A DNA stretch of 64,000 bases from Phoronis australis. Taxonomy: Eukaryota; Animalia; Phoronida. Of this stretch, positions 13,201-25,608 are shown piece by piece. The position numbers and the translations under genes were made by a program. How positions within the stretch are numbered: position 1 is the first letter of the stretch; each line of letters opens with the position of its first letter. The DNA is taken from the NCBI GenBank assembly GCA_002633005.1, contig NMRA01000091.1, positions 767,820 through 831,819 on the forward strand, in the 5' to 3' direction. The notes below the pieces were generated by a model. It had not been told where the DNA came from and did no database searches. It saw only the letters and a list, made by a program, of their open reading frames with translations.

Positions 13201-14599
13201 CACTGAGAGACTGGATGACGTAAAAAGACTTGACACAACATCAGGCCTACTTACATTTAGCCTAGGGAAAGACTTTCCGCAACCAAACTGCTTTACTGAA
13301 GATGGATGGTCTGGCACTCATTCGCCCGCCATTGTGACAATTCCTTCTACAATTTTCCATACAGAGACATTTCAGCTAAATTCAGAGAAACTGAAGCAAC
13401 ACCTAGAATGTGGGTGTCTTCAGAATTCGTTGTAGTGTATTCATACTATAAAAATAGACACTCAAGCAAAATGTGGACTTTCAGTATTGGTTTATTCCAG
13501 ATTATCTAAGATTCTTTATTTTCTGTTAAATTTGGGTTTGGCTTAGTTGTTAGCAAATTCGAACAAATCGAAATTTCAATTACTACAAATCTAACGTATC
13601 TCAGACAGTCAAGCTTTCAAGAGTACAAAAAAGGAATTTCGTAAAATGTGAGCGCGTCTTTACAGACGGTTTGAGCTGAGTACCACTGGCAGTCCCACAA
13701 ACACCATAACATTCACAAAATAAGAATGCGATTTCCGGTAATGACAGGACGCATCAGATAAAAGGCATGCGCTATTTATTATTCAGTCTGACTTACAAGA
13801 CTACCTCATGTGGTATTGTTGACAGTTCAGTTACCGTTGTGTAACTCGTCGTCAAACATAGGTGATTATGCCCAGAATATTTGCGCCAGCTACTGCGATT
13901 AGATTTCTATTGTAAGCTTATTAAACCACGTATAGACTCTCTTATTGTTATTACTAGAATAGTAACAAATTATAAATTGCATCAACGACAGTTATCACTG
14001 TTATAAACTATGTTCAAAATTGTCAACTTAAAGGCACTCGAGAATTTTTGCTGATTGGGTTTGAAAATCAGGTTTTGGCAGCTCCATCACTCACGTCACC
14101 ATCAAGATGGTATGAATGGTTCAACTAATTTCAAAATTTACAGTGACTGTCCGCTCGTACAGACATCATCTCCGGCAGTTCTGTTATGACTACGTTTACA
14201 GATGGACTACAGAGGCCGCTTTGGTCACTGTCAAGAATCCTGCTTGCTCAAATTAGACCTCATGAAATTTGTGCTATTAGTTTCAAGATTCAAGTGATCT
14301 ATAGCTTCTGTTTACATTAAAAAGACGCGTTAAGCATACATGCAGATAATCACAGAAAAGTGTTTTGTCTCATCACGCGTTACCGGTCTCGGTGAAAAAA
14401 TGTTCTAGAGTTAGATAGAAATTGAAAAGCACAATATATAGCCAAAAACATATCGAGTCTGTATGTTTTTGATTGCTCACTTTTTCAAGAAAGAAAAATC
14501 CGAGCAAAATTGATGCGGAATTTGTTTTCTTCTCGACTCCGTACTGCCGGCACTCACCGGCGTGCTAGTGCTCTAGAAGTCCTCTTCTGATACCCATTA

Positions 14600-14878
14600 G
14601 TGACACCAAGTGGAAATTGTGTTAGGGACACCGACGTAGCGCATAAGGGCATGATCAGGACGCCCAGCGACACGCGTGGTCATGTTTGATAAGAGATGGG
14701 ATTTTCCCGTGCGCTTGTTAAGCATATTTATACCACAATATTAGCGTCAAACGGCAGATACAACCGTGTAATAACCCACTAGTGAGATAACGATTTGGCG
14801 GGAAACCGAGGACGGGGTCGAACCCGGGACCCTAACATTGCTAGTCGCCGACTTTACCACTACACCACGCAGCGACTG
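14600..14878 (-). mobile_element. tRNA(Ala)-derived SINE
   Basis: Minus-strand head with A box TGGTGTAGTGG, CT-AGC-AA loop and B box GGTTCGACCC. Poor acceptor and anticodon stem pairing, followed by an unrelated body. The 3' boundary is approximate. Confidence 0.65.
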
Positions 14879-15420
14879 ACGTCATCAAGAGTGAAAATAG
14901 AATACTTAAATGAGCACGCGCAATAATCGCACGTTCAAAAAACCACTTTGTACTGTACTTATACGCTACGAAAAATAAGACACATAATTTCCATAAAAAT
15001 GATATCTTAATTCGGGGAAATTTTTCTCTCATGTCCTCTTACTTGTAAATCACCGATCTCCAGTTTGAATGCGGGTATCGTCTCGTCAGGATCTTTGACT
15101 TGAGAATTATATTCAGTTACCAGTGGTAACCTACTTTAGCAGACGATAATTTCCCGGTCGAAGCTTAGCGTGAAAAAACGTGTTTTAAGCTATAATAGTT
15201 GGTAAACCTTAATTTATAAATTCAATTTATTTCTATAATATTTAAGTTTTCAATTGGTTTTGAGTAAAAGCATTATTTGACAAAAATAGCCGGGCTTTTC
15301 TTAAAAGGTCACGACCTCCGACCCCGGGCCTCTGACATAGAAAGTAGTTACAAAGCCTTGGAGAGTCAGAAAAGGTAAATCGATTCATTGCAATGTTTCT
15401 CGTTTAGTATGTGGTATAAA

Positions 15421-15581
15421 TAGATTATTTCATGTTCTCAGCCGTTATCCCCCTTATCTAGAGCCCTCGTGGATTTTGGAGAATTATCACCCTCGGGGCT
15501 AACGCCCCTCGGGCAATAATTCTCCAAAATCCACTCGGGCTCTAGATAACGGGGGATAACGACTTCGCCATGTAATAATCT
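15421..15581. mobile_element. Near-perfect ~160-bp palindromic MITE
   Basis: Arms TAGATTATT..GTTATCCCC..TCTAGAGCCC..GGATTTTGGAGAATTAT and their reverse complement around a central GGGGCTAACGCCCC; TA-rich flanks. Confidence 0.8.
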
Positions 15582-15584
15582 ATA

Positions 15585-16450
15585 TATATTATATTATTTA
15601 TTTATTATAGTGACATAAGGGTGCCAGCAAATACAATATCAAAGACAGAATATTCACCACACCTCCCAGCCTCAATGGGCTTACTCAGTCACTTAATAAT
15701 AATTAAATCATTACATAACATATTGCACAAGCTCAAATATGACCACTTCAGACTAGTTTATAAACAAATACATGTAATTACTTCTAACCTAGTGCAGAGC
15801 GTCTTGAATGAATTTCGCTAGACCTTTCAAGTTATTTTGGAATAATTGAGGTAGGGCAGAATCCCGTATAAAATATGGTCGAATGTGAGTATATTTTTCA
15901 CAATCAAAAATGAAATGAACTTCATCGTCAATTCCGTTTTTACAAGCACGACAAATCCGTTCATTCACAGGAATTCCGAAGTACCGCCCCACCTCGACCT
16001 CTAATGGTAGAATACCTGCTCTCAATCGAGCTATGACGGACCTCTGAGACACCGGCAGACGTAAATATTCTTCTACACAATAGTCATGCTTAACATATCT
16101 ATATAACTACAGTTTTGGTTTCTCAGTGAATATTTTTAACCAGTTTAACTCTTCTAACTGGAACCTGAATGTTTTAAAGTTTTCGAGAGACACATTTTTT
16201 TTGTTCCTGAAATTTTCTATAAAGTCGCATTTCTCCATAATTTTAAATATTGAACTTGACCAATTGCAGGAGTTCCGATGTTTAAGGTCCCATAAAATGA
16301 CTTTTTTGCCATTCTGCTTTCATCCATTAGAACTAAACGATTCCAGAGCCTTTGCATATTTTCATGTTGTTTGTAGTGTGAATTTGGCCAACCCGAGTTG
16401 CCATAAAGTACTGCATTGTCAGCGTTACGACGGAATTTGAATTTTTTCAT
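15585..16450 (-). mobile_element. 5'-truncated, degenerate non-LTR retrotransposon (ORF2 C-terminal CCHC region plus 3' tail)
   Basis: ARLRAGILPLEVEVGRY..ERICRAC..DDEVHFIFDC zinc-knuckle motif, an upstream frameshifted RLWNRLVLMDESRM segment, and an AATAAA/AT-rich tail at ~15585-15610. Confidence 0.85.
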
Positions 16451-17600
16451 TATTATATTAAATATGCCACAATCCCGTTATACCTCAAGTTAACTTTTTA
16501 AATCTCATGTTTCGCTCTCCAGATTGCCGAATCAGTGGAGACTGGCCAACAGATGTCGATAGTGTTGTAACATAATATTTAAAGGCAACTAAAATATTTG
16601 CTTTTCCCCGCCTTATCCTAGCTTTATTTCACTGCTGAATATAGTACAACAGCGGCAAATGCATTAGTCTTTAGAATCATGAAGACGGAATCTTCAACGA
16701 GCTGTCGCTTCTTACAAAAACTGAGGAAGGTTGGCTGTGATGACATAATGATCATAGGCTGGGCATGGGGTTATATCGTGATGGCGAGTGATGACAGAGC
16801 CACAAAGGGGGAAGGAGGTACCGGTAAACAATGGCAAATTTGGATTACGTAACTTGTGAAGGTTCCTTACAATCCACGACATATTGCCAACTGGCAATCA
16901 AAAATTGTTCTTGAAACAGCAGATTTCGCCAACTAAGCTCTTTTACCCTCATAATTGTGTTTAACGAAATTAGTTTCCGAGCCAACACCGCGTCATCCCG
17001 CCACTACCGTCCTAGAAGAGTGGTCTGACCAGTCGCAGGCTGCAGAAAGCATAAACCCTGACCGTGTAAACAAAGTGAGCTGACGATGACAGTTCATCAA
17101 AGCAGGCAAGAACATGGCAATGTAATAAGAGACAAGAATCAGAAGAAAGATGAACAGCGATCGTGTATCCGTAATAAAACAAATGCAGAGCTATCTCTCT
17201 TATCAATTAGGTCATATGGATCTCGTGAGAGCAATGTTGCCCCTGGGTTTCGGCCTTGGTCCATGACCTGAGAAACTTCGGGAGTGGTCAAGACGCTGGA
17301 TCGTTATCGTGTAGGCTACATTACTTCCAGTCACCGAGCTGCTACTCGATCGTTGCATGCGCGCACTCGGAGGGGGGGGGGGGGCAATTGGAAAAGTGGG
17401 CAAAAAGGTCGGCCCCCGAGAGACAAAAAGTCCGAGAAAATGGGACAAATGTCCACTAGACAGAGGTGCTCCCGTTTTTTTTTTTTTTTAGTCCGTCCGC
17501 TCTTTTGTTAGCAATAGTCCACAACATCGGGAATTCGAGAGCCTCCCCCGATATCGAAGGCTTGGTTGCTCGCATGCATTGTCGTGTCCGCCTTTGTTAA

Positions 17601-18516
17601 AGGCGAAGGCAACCTTTTCCATGTCTTTTTTAGCAAAAATGAGGTTCGTTGGTTATCCCCGACACATTTTCCACTTAATTACAGCTTTTTGTAATTTAAT
17701 TAATTATTCGTTATCTACTCCGGAACTAACGTTTTGGGAGGCAAGAATTTCCCGTCTATTTCTTTTCGTATAGTCTGACTGTGAGAGCTGCCGAGTCAGT
17801 CATTGTTCTATCTCGGCTTTGATAAGTTCGGTCGTTGTGTGATTTTGTTTACGAGTCAGTCAACATGCCACACTTTTGGTGCGTACCGGGATGTACTCAT
17901 TATCGTCTCACGGAAAGAGGAACAACTGTCCCACGTACTTGCCCGAGTGTCCGCGACACACTCCCACTTATAGTGACCTGAGCACACAAACTATTTGCAC
18001 TCCGCCGTGTGACTCCCTCGCCACACACCTGGCACCTTCTCAAAAGCTCCAATACTTTAGACAAGTCCACAATAAACTTATCAAAATTTGGCTCACCGAT
18101 CTGTACGTTCATTGGACGACGAACTGTCCTCTTCACTTGGTTTCGAACGGGGCCTGTATTCACTCCCACTACTCAACATCGCAGCAGGGCTGCTTACAGG
18201 CTTTGGGCCATTATGAGTACATCCCGGTACGCAGCCGACAGTGTGGCATGTTGACTGACTCGTAAACAAAAACAACGACGACTGAACTTATGACAAACGA
18301 GGTTGATGAATGACTGACTCGACAACGCGGTGAGTCAGACTACGGGAAAGAAATTGGGGCGAAATTCTTGCCTCCCAAAACGTCACTTCTGGAGTAGATA
18401 ACGAATAATTAATCAAATTACGAAAAGCTGTAACTAAGAGGAAAATATGTCTGGGATAATCATCGAACCTTATTTTTACTAAAAATAAATGACATGAAAA
18501 AAGGTTGCCTTCGCCT
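17601..18516. mobile_element. Kolobok-type foldback DNA transposon with ~300-bp TIRs and TTAA TSD
   Basis: TTAA at 17597-17600 and 18517-18520; AGGCGAAGGCAACC termini. A THAP-like start (MPH..CVPGC, frameshifted) occurs in both arms. An internal minus-strand remnant reads KFIVDLSKVLELLRRCQVCG..WEC..GH..W.S. Confidence 0.85.
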
Positions 18517-21307
18517 TTAAGAGATGGAACAAGTAGGTCTAATCTGCATTTGAGCAAGCAGATGGGATTCGGTTTGGATTCCAAATTATTCATACCCACC
18601 ACACACGAACCATTATGGCTTCACAACTGCATGTACGTACGATGAATACTCATCGGAAGATAACGCGAGCCGAACGAACAAAACAATTAATATATAGTCT
18701 TGGTCGCACGGATCACGTCAAGAAACCGAGAGGTACAGAATTCCTGAGTCACGGACAAGAACATTAAACCCAAACCGTCTTACTTCATGGCTAATCCATT
18801 CATTCATTTGTCGACTACGAATTAGAGGGAGAAATGGGTACTAAAATACGATGCGTATCTTAGGGTGAATCATGTCCCACATAAGTTAACATAACTGAAA
18901 TGCTTTAATGCATTTAGTTCTATTGGGAACTAATGGCATTTTTATTACTGAAATCCCAAAACTTCTAATTGTTTTACAACTCGTAGAACCTAGAAAAAAA
19001 GTGCCATATTGGGCATTAAAAGCTGGCGTGGGTTGCACAAAGCTTCAAACTCCTCTGCTGGATAAGTTTGATTGTTTCGTGACGATTCTCAAATATACTA
19101 CGGTAAATCTTAATTATTTAGCACACAATACCCGGCGTCGAAAGCGACATCAGAGCCGACCTTTGAAAGTTGACTGTTGTCTATATCTGGTACTGGTTGA
19201 CGAGCTTAGTGAACTTATCAACCACGGGCGACGTGCCTCAAAATTTAAGGCAGATGCGACTGGGTCTTGATGTCAGTGTCGACTTTCTATTTCGCAGATG
19301 GAATGGGACTGAAATAGCTTGCGCACGAATCAACACAAACACATTCGGTATACAAGCAGATTGTGACAGCCGAACAAAAACAAGAGATTGCATCATAATC
19401 AAGAACACTGCGCTCATCTGATCAGAGTCACTTATCTCGTGGACAAATAGTGACGTTTCACCATATGCTTGCATTAGGACTAATAATTTTAAAGTGAGAA
19501 GAACAGTATTTATTTTCCAGATTTAATCAATTCTAGTTCAGAGAACATATCAGTATTATTCGTGTACTCTTCTTTAACAAGTCAAAGGTGTAGCATAGTC
19601 AATCTTACCATGCACCGTTGTACCTTTTTTCCTCGCTCCTGAAATACATGGCCGGTAGAGTGGCTCTGGCCTCTGCGCCATTTTACGCAGTGACTGTGTT
19701 TCTTTTAATATACGCCTTGTTTCAACAGACGTGATGTATATATCAGCACCGCTTTAGATTAGCAGGTGCCGAACGTTTACTTTGTCAATTCGGCTTCTCT
19801 CACGACAGGTGCTGACTGGCGAAAACGAATTAAAATTAATAACCTTCATAAGCACACTTTGTTACGTAATGTATCTCGTTCCCACAGGTACCAGCACAGG
19901 TGAATGATCAGTGCACTCATAGCATATTGCCATCCACTAATAATTACAAAAGCAGTATTTTAATAATGAAGTTTCAATTTATTTCCTTACCGATATTTCT
20001 TCAGATGAGTTGACTTCAAATTATGTCAGATGAACGAAATGTTTCACGTAATATATGCATTGTAGGTCTGTATAATATATCAGATATCAAAGCTAATTTT
20101 TGTAGCGAAAGTTAACTGAAAAACTTGACGTCTTCCATTTTTTTATTTTTCTTGCAGAAATTTAAAGGTAAGTTTTTCGGTGCTCAAAAAACACCGTTAA
20201 TTCACAAATTTCCCTGGTCATTGCAATCTCTGTATGCTCTAATTAGAACACAAGGGTCATTTCGTTTACATAACATTTCATTGGAAGTTGGTCTCATTGA
20301 CACGCTTTAGTATGATTCAGTAATTGGCAACAGAAACGAAGAAGTCAGGTAAAATTACTTCCCAATCTATATTTATCAAAACATGTGCTTTGCCTTTACG
20401 TGATGCGCCATCTTCCGGCAGATGGTTATTTTTGTCTACGTTTAGATATACAGTAGTGGGTTAGAATTTGTTGTGTGAAATTATAGCTTACTCATTAAAA
20501 AATTATCGCGGCTGCGGTAGATACGAGAATCTGTGATACGCTTCAAGAAAAATAAAATGACGCCGGAAGCTCAAATGATCAATGCCGTATCAACACACCA
20601 TTGGACACACTTCGTATTCATATGATCAACCAAAAAGTATTAAACGACCTTTCTTGAGCGCAGGGGCTGATAAAAAGGTACAACCATTTAATCAACCTTT
20701 CTCCCTTCTGTCGCCAGTATCGCTCGGGAACTAACAGATGGCTTACAGGACCTGTTATCTCTGGACAGCGGAAGCGAATGGGCGATTGCAAAGCAGCGGT
20801 CCAGTTTCGTGTCATTTTTACTTCTCTAAAGGAAACGATTTGCTACGTGCCTTATACTCAATAACATGTATGGGTATGCAGAGTCACGTTAACTAGTGTG
20901 AATAAACAGACTCTTTGTTCCCTATTTTGGTTAAACATTCATACAACAAATTCGAATACACTGCAGTTTAGTCCAAAGCTATTTTTAAATGACAGTCTTT
21001 CATCTGGACATCATTTTTTAAAACTCAGCAGAATTATATTAGTTAAAATACTTCACTTCAGGTAGCACGCCAATGAATGTTGGCATAAATTTTCATTTTA
21101 ATCCAATTAGACAGATTGGTAGAACCAAACGCAAATTCATACGTAACTGTAATATACGATGTGTTCCTGTTTCAGTATCGTCTTTCTACGGGCTAGAGTC
21201 AGCCCCGCCCCCCAGACTGGTGGAAACAAAGGACATTTCTTCTTCAACATATGTTCCAGTTAATTACTCACAAATGAACTCATATTTTGGAAAAACATTT
21301 GCATCAG

Positions 21308-21579
21308 GAGTGTGTTTCATGAAACCGACTGAAGACTTAAGTCGAAATTTGATCTGAAGCTCCCACATCGCAACAGGTGAAAAACAAGTCGTCACGTGCC
21401 CGTAGTTTAGGACACATCACATTCTGGAAAAAATTTACAGACGTTATCTCAGTAACTACCAGTTGTGAGTATTTATACATTCTACACAAGTTAGATTTAA
21501 TCGTTTTTCAAAAATTGTCGTGTTAAGTGTAAGACGAGATTGCCGATTAAGTCTTAAGTCAAGTTTCACGAAACAGGCA
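21308..21579. mobile_element. Degenerate MITE
   Basis: Inverted ends TGTTTCATGAAAC..GACT.AAGACTTAA / TTAAGTCTTAAGTC..GTTTCACGAAACA. Confidence 0.55.
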
Positions 21580-21605
21580 TTTGATACTGGTCTCTGAAAA
21601 ATTAA

Positions 21606-23634
21606 GGCTGCTGTAGGTAGGGCCCAAGAAAATGTCCATATTTGGTTAACTTCGGAACACTATATCTCAAAAATGGCTGATCGTATTCATATGAGACTTT
21701 TAGGTTGTATGCTTTATGTATTGTTCTCTAACACTCTATTAGGAATTGTTTTTGAAATCTCCTTCTCTTGCAGAATATTTATTTTCATGAAAATTTTAAA
21801 CATTGCATAAAATAAAATTCTACAGGCTTTCTGGTTTCAGTAAGTGCAATTTATTTTTTCTGGGTTACAATTATTTTTTTGGGTTAAGATCTATAGTTTT
21901 GTAAACATTTGGCTCAATACGGCCCACATAACCGTAGCTGGGCTGAATGCCATCCACATAAAATTGCTTAAACATTTTACAAGTACATAGTATGTATTTG
22001 TCTAGTTACAAAACCAATACAATTATTCTTATCGTATAAGGCAAATAATTGCTGAAATTATGTCACAATATCAACCAAGATAGTGTCCATGGAAACCATT
22101 CCGTGGAATGAAATATAAGTGGCAATATAAACCTATTGATGTATAAAACAAGTACGGAATTAGCGACAAAATGGAAAATTTGCCATGCGGCCTCAGACAA
22201 TGCAAATGACATGAGGGTGCTTTGTATGAAATACATGTGCACTCTCTATGCAGGCTTAGCTCACAACAATTTTCTAGGTTATACGCGCGTGGAAAATACA
22301 CTCTGTTGCCCGTTGCAATCACAACATTACAGAAAAATGGCATATCGGTTTAAATAACTCGATGTAAATTTTGTTAAGTTCAGATGTTGGTACATGTGTT
22401 CCACCAACGCCAGACTGTCGTGATTCTATAATGGGAATCGATACTAACAACCTAATGAAGTTACAATTAAGTTTTCCTCTTTGTGAACATAAGTAAAAAG
22501 TTACATGACCGTCGACATATTACGCGTAAAATGACAACTTAAACTGTTTACAATTACAATTCTCAGTCAAGTAGTTTTTATCCATCCTAACCTATTTCAA
22601 CTTTCATCGAGATTAAATGCAAGTAATTTTCTAGCGAACGAAAATCGTTGGTGAAGTCAAGTTTGAATATCGTTTACTCATCTACACCCAGAGTGCTGAG
22701 CAGAAGTAGTTACCAAATTTGACGGTGCCCTCGGCAAGCTGTCCAGTCACTAAGCATCACCACACGCTGACTTCGGATCCATGTCACCAATTCATCCCTT
22801 GGTTTGAAGATCACTGAAAACTGTTGGCGCTTATTTCTCACATTTTGTCTCAGTGAAATTGTTTTCCACTGGCACTGTTCACTAGAACCGAGTCGTTAGG
22901 ACGTTTTGGCACGTCTTTGTACACAAGTTGCATCATCGATGTTTAAAAACTTGTTGGCATATGCCACGCGACGCCATGTGATGACTCGAGACATATTTAG
23001 AAGTGACAGCAATGCCTGGGAACCGCACCAGCTGCTCGCTCGGGGGCTGCGCCTCGAAAGCTACGTTTCCGGGGGGTATATTGCTTTGTTGATCTTGTCT
23101 CATCTTTTGTTGGACCTTATCGACAACTCAGTGCATTTAGCGGAATTTCTAGAAAACTATAGATTTTAATTTTGCGAAAATTTCCTGAAAGTAAAAAAGT
23201 CTGTGGATTTAGTTTTACTTTTACAAATCGTTTATTAATTGGGTCACGGGATCACGTTTTTATTAAAGTGTACCAAAATGAAAGGCTCATTTACAATGAA
23301 ACAACGATATCAACATTATGATCAAATTTTACTGTTGATGTAAATATTCAAAGTGAGATCTCAAAAAACGTTGCTACAGTCTTCTAAAATATCATTTCGT
23401 TTTTGTTTTAAGCATTTTTCAGGAAAATTATGAAAGTCCTATTTTTTTGATAGCCACTTATGCAAAAGTGAAACATGTTAGAAACAGTTCCTAACAGATA
23501 GTTAGAGAACAGGATCACATAGCATAGTACATGTATCTGAGAGTATCATATGATTAACCTTTTCGGATTATGATGCTCCGTCTCAAGTCAACCAAATGTG
23601 ACCAGTGTTATAGGGGGTCCTGCATAGACGTCCA
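21606..23634. mobile_element. Old ~2-kb DNA element with degenerate ~150-bp TIRs
   Basis: Mirrored blocks ATTTGGTTAACTT, CATATGAGACT and TGTTCTCTAACACTCTATTAGGAATTGTTT at 21634-21752 versus their reverse complements at 23482-23599. No clear TSD. Confidence 0.55.
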
Positions 23635-23939
23635 ACTACATTCCATGTATTAGTGACTCGCATTTGATGACAAACGCAGTTTTGACCAAGGCTTATCTGA
23701 CGCTAACCGTACGATGGCGAATGCAGGCATAATCATGAATACCTGTATCCCGTGCCCGGATACTGAGCTATTATGATAAATCATGCGGACAGATAAAAGT
23801 ACAGGGTGCAGCTATGAAAAGTTTAAATATTTGCCAGCTGGCCCCACTTGAGGGAATGCATGCATTCAAGTAATCACGTGACTGAGACCGTTAACCAAAA
23901 GACTCCCTCATATGATGATGAACTGACCTGCGTTAGGTA

Positions 23940-24004
23940 GACGCAAGAAACCTGTGAACACACAAGAAACTTATAAACGCGCAAGAAACTTGTAAACACG
24001 CAAG
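23940..24004. repeat. ~19-bp tandem repeat x3.4
   Basis: ACGCAAGAAACTTGTAAAC-like units. Confidence 0.8.
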
Positions 24005-24908
24005 TGTCTCTTTTGGGCATAGGGAACGCAACCCTGCTTTCTGCTCTTAATTTATTCAGGTGTTAAAAAGAGCAGCGTTTACTCATTAGCGTCACCTGGT
24101 GAAGTTTCCCAATAACGCCTGGTAATTGAGGGTCATCATTTCCTTCTCAAGAATCATGCAAACCATGTAGGGCTGCTGCGTGTGATACGATGAGAAACTT
24201 AAAATTCCATGTTTTTTGGCAAATGACAGGTGAATCCTTAGCCATCATTCATGTATTTACTAGGAGTCCGGTGCATTTTCAAAACACTTTAAAAGATAAA
24301 ATGGTCTTCTAATACCTTAGGCAGTCTTGACTTGCACGGTAAATGTGTAGCAGTTGCCTAATCGAATGCGCGAAACGATTCTTTGATGAAAGTGTACGGC
24401 AAGCTCATAAAGACGATCATCTTGACCGTAACAGTATATTTTTGCTCAAATTCATATAAGCGACCAACAACTAGTTTTGGAACTCTACAGAGTTATCCAG
24501 TGCCTCGATTAAATATTGTAATTTGTCCATTCAGTAGGAAAATGTCGACGTCACAGCTGCAAGCTTTCCTAATAAATTCCCTTTCAGTAACAACGCTTTT
24601 AACGTTATAGAATTGCGGACAAAACATGTCGACCCTCCCAATACAGCTCAGGGTTTGTGAATTCCTGCATGTTTTGGTAGACAAAATGCGAGCATGCTCT
24701 CAAACACTAAGTGCAAGTCATGTCATAAACTGTCCCATTAGTGTGAAACGACTTGTCTCGCTCCACGCTCTTCTCTGGCCAGGCACTATATTTGAATGGA
24801 ACATCAAGGCATTCAGTTTATCACAGAGGACCTAGTTTGACATTCAAATATTGCAAACGGTACACAAGGATCTGATGATAAAGTAAGATGTATTATGCTC
24901 AAAACAAT

Positions 24909-24914
24909 TTTATT
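24909..24914 (-). terminator. Candidate RIF1 polyadenylation signal AATAAA
   Basis: About 700 nt downstream of the RIF1 stop, at the end of an AT-rich 3'UTR-like stretch. Confidence 0.4.
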
Positions 24915-25608
24915 CACATTTCCCATCATAAATGTTTTAACAAAAAGTATTTGTTAACCAGTGAATATATACAAGCTAACACACAAGTGACAAACAAGGC
25001 ACACTAAGTTAAATCTAAATCAAAGTATGCGAATTCTTTAAATTTCTACTAATTTAAAAGAACAAGTGTTTGTCCGCGCCCACAAGTGTTTGTCCACACC
25101 CACAGCTGCTAAGAATTAAAATTAGGCCACAAATTAATATACTCCCAAGTTCCTTTCGTTTTACAGAACGAGTAAACAAAACGAATATCTTATTCATTCA
25201 AAAGGCCACAGAATATTCTAAAACAAGAGTAAATTCAAGTTATTGACATAAACATAGCGTAACGTTTAGTTTAAAACTAATAAAACAGCCACAGAGTAAA
25301 ATCATATACAATTAATTTACAAGTGTCCTCTCTGAAGTAAAACAGTCACCGAAAGAGCAGAAGCATATTTCTTTTTAAACCGGAACTTCATTTTTCATTC
25401 TGACATCAGAAAAGCACCTGAATGGTTAAAATAAAAAAGCATAATACCATCTGTGTTTCCATGTTCAGACAGACGTAAAAACCTCATCCCTTCACTACCA
25501 CAAGACTTTACCAGTCAAAACACCACATGGACCACTTCTGAAAGTCAATTTGAAGTTCCCAAGTTTCTCAGTATGCACAATTGGAAGCTAAAGCAAGACG
25601 AGCTATAC

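Noticed and set aside
14805-14875. tRNA-Ala(AGC) gene
   Set aside because: A and B boxes are present, but the acceptor and anticodon stems pair poorly and there is no T-run terminator. Better explained as a SINE head.
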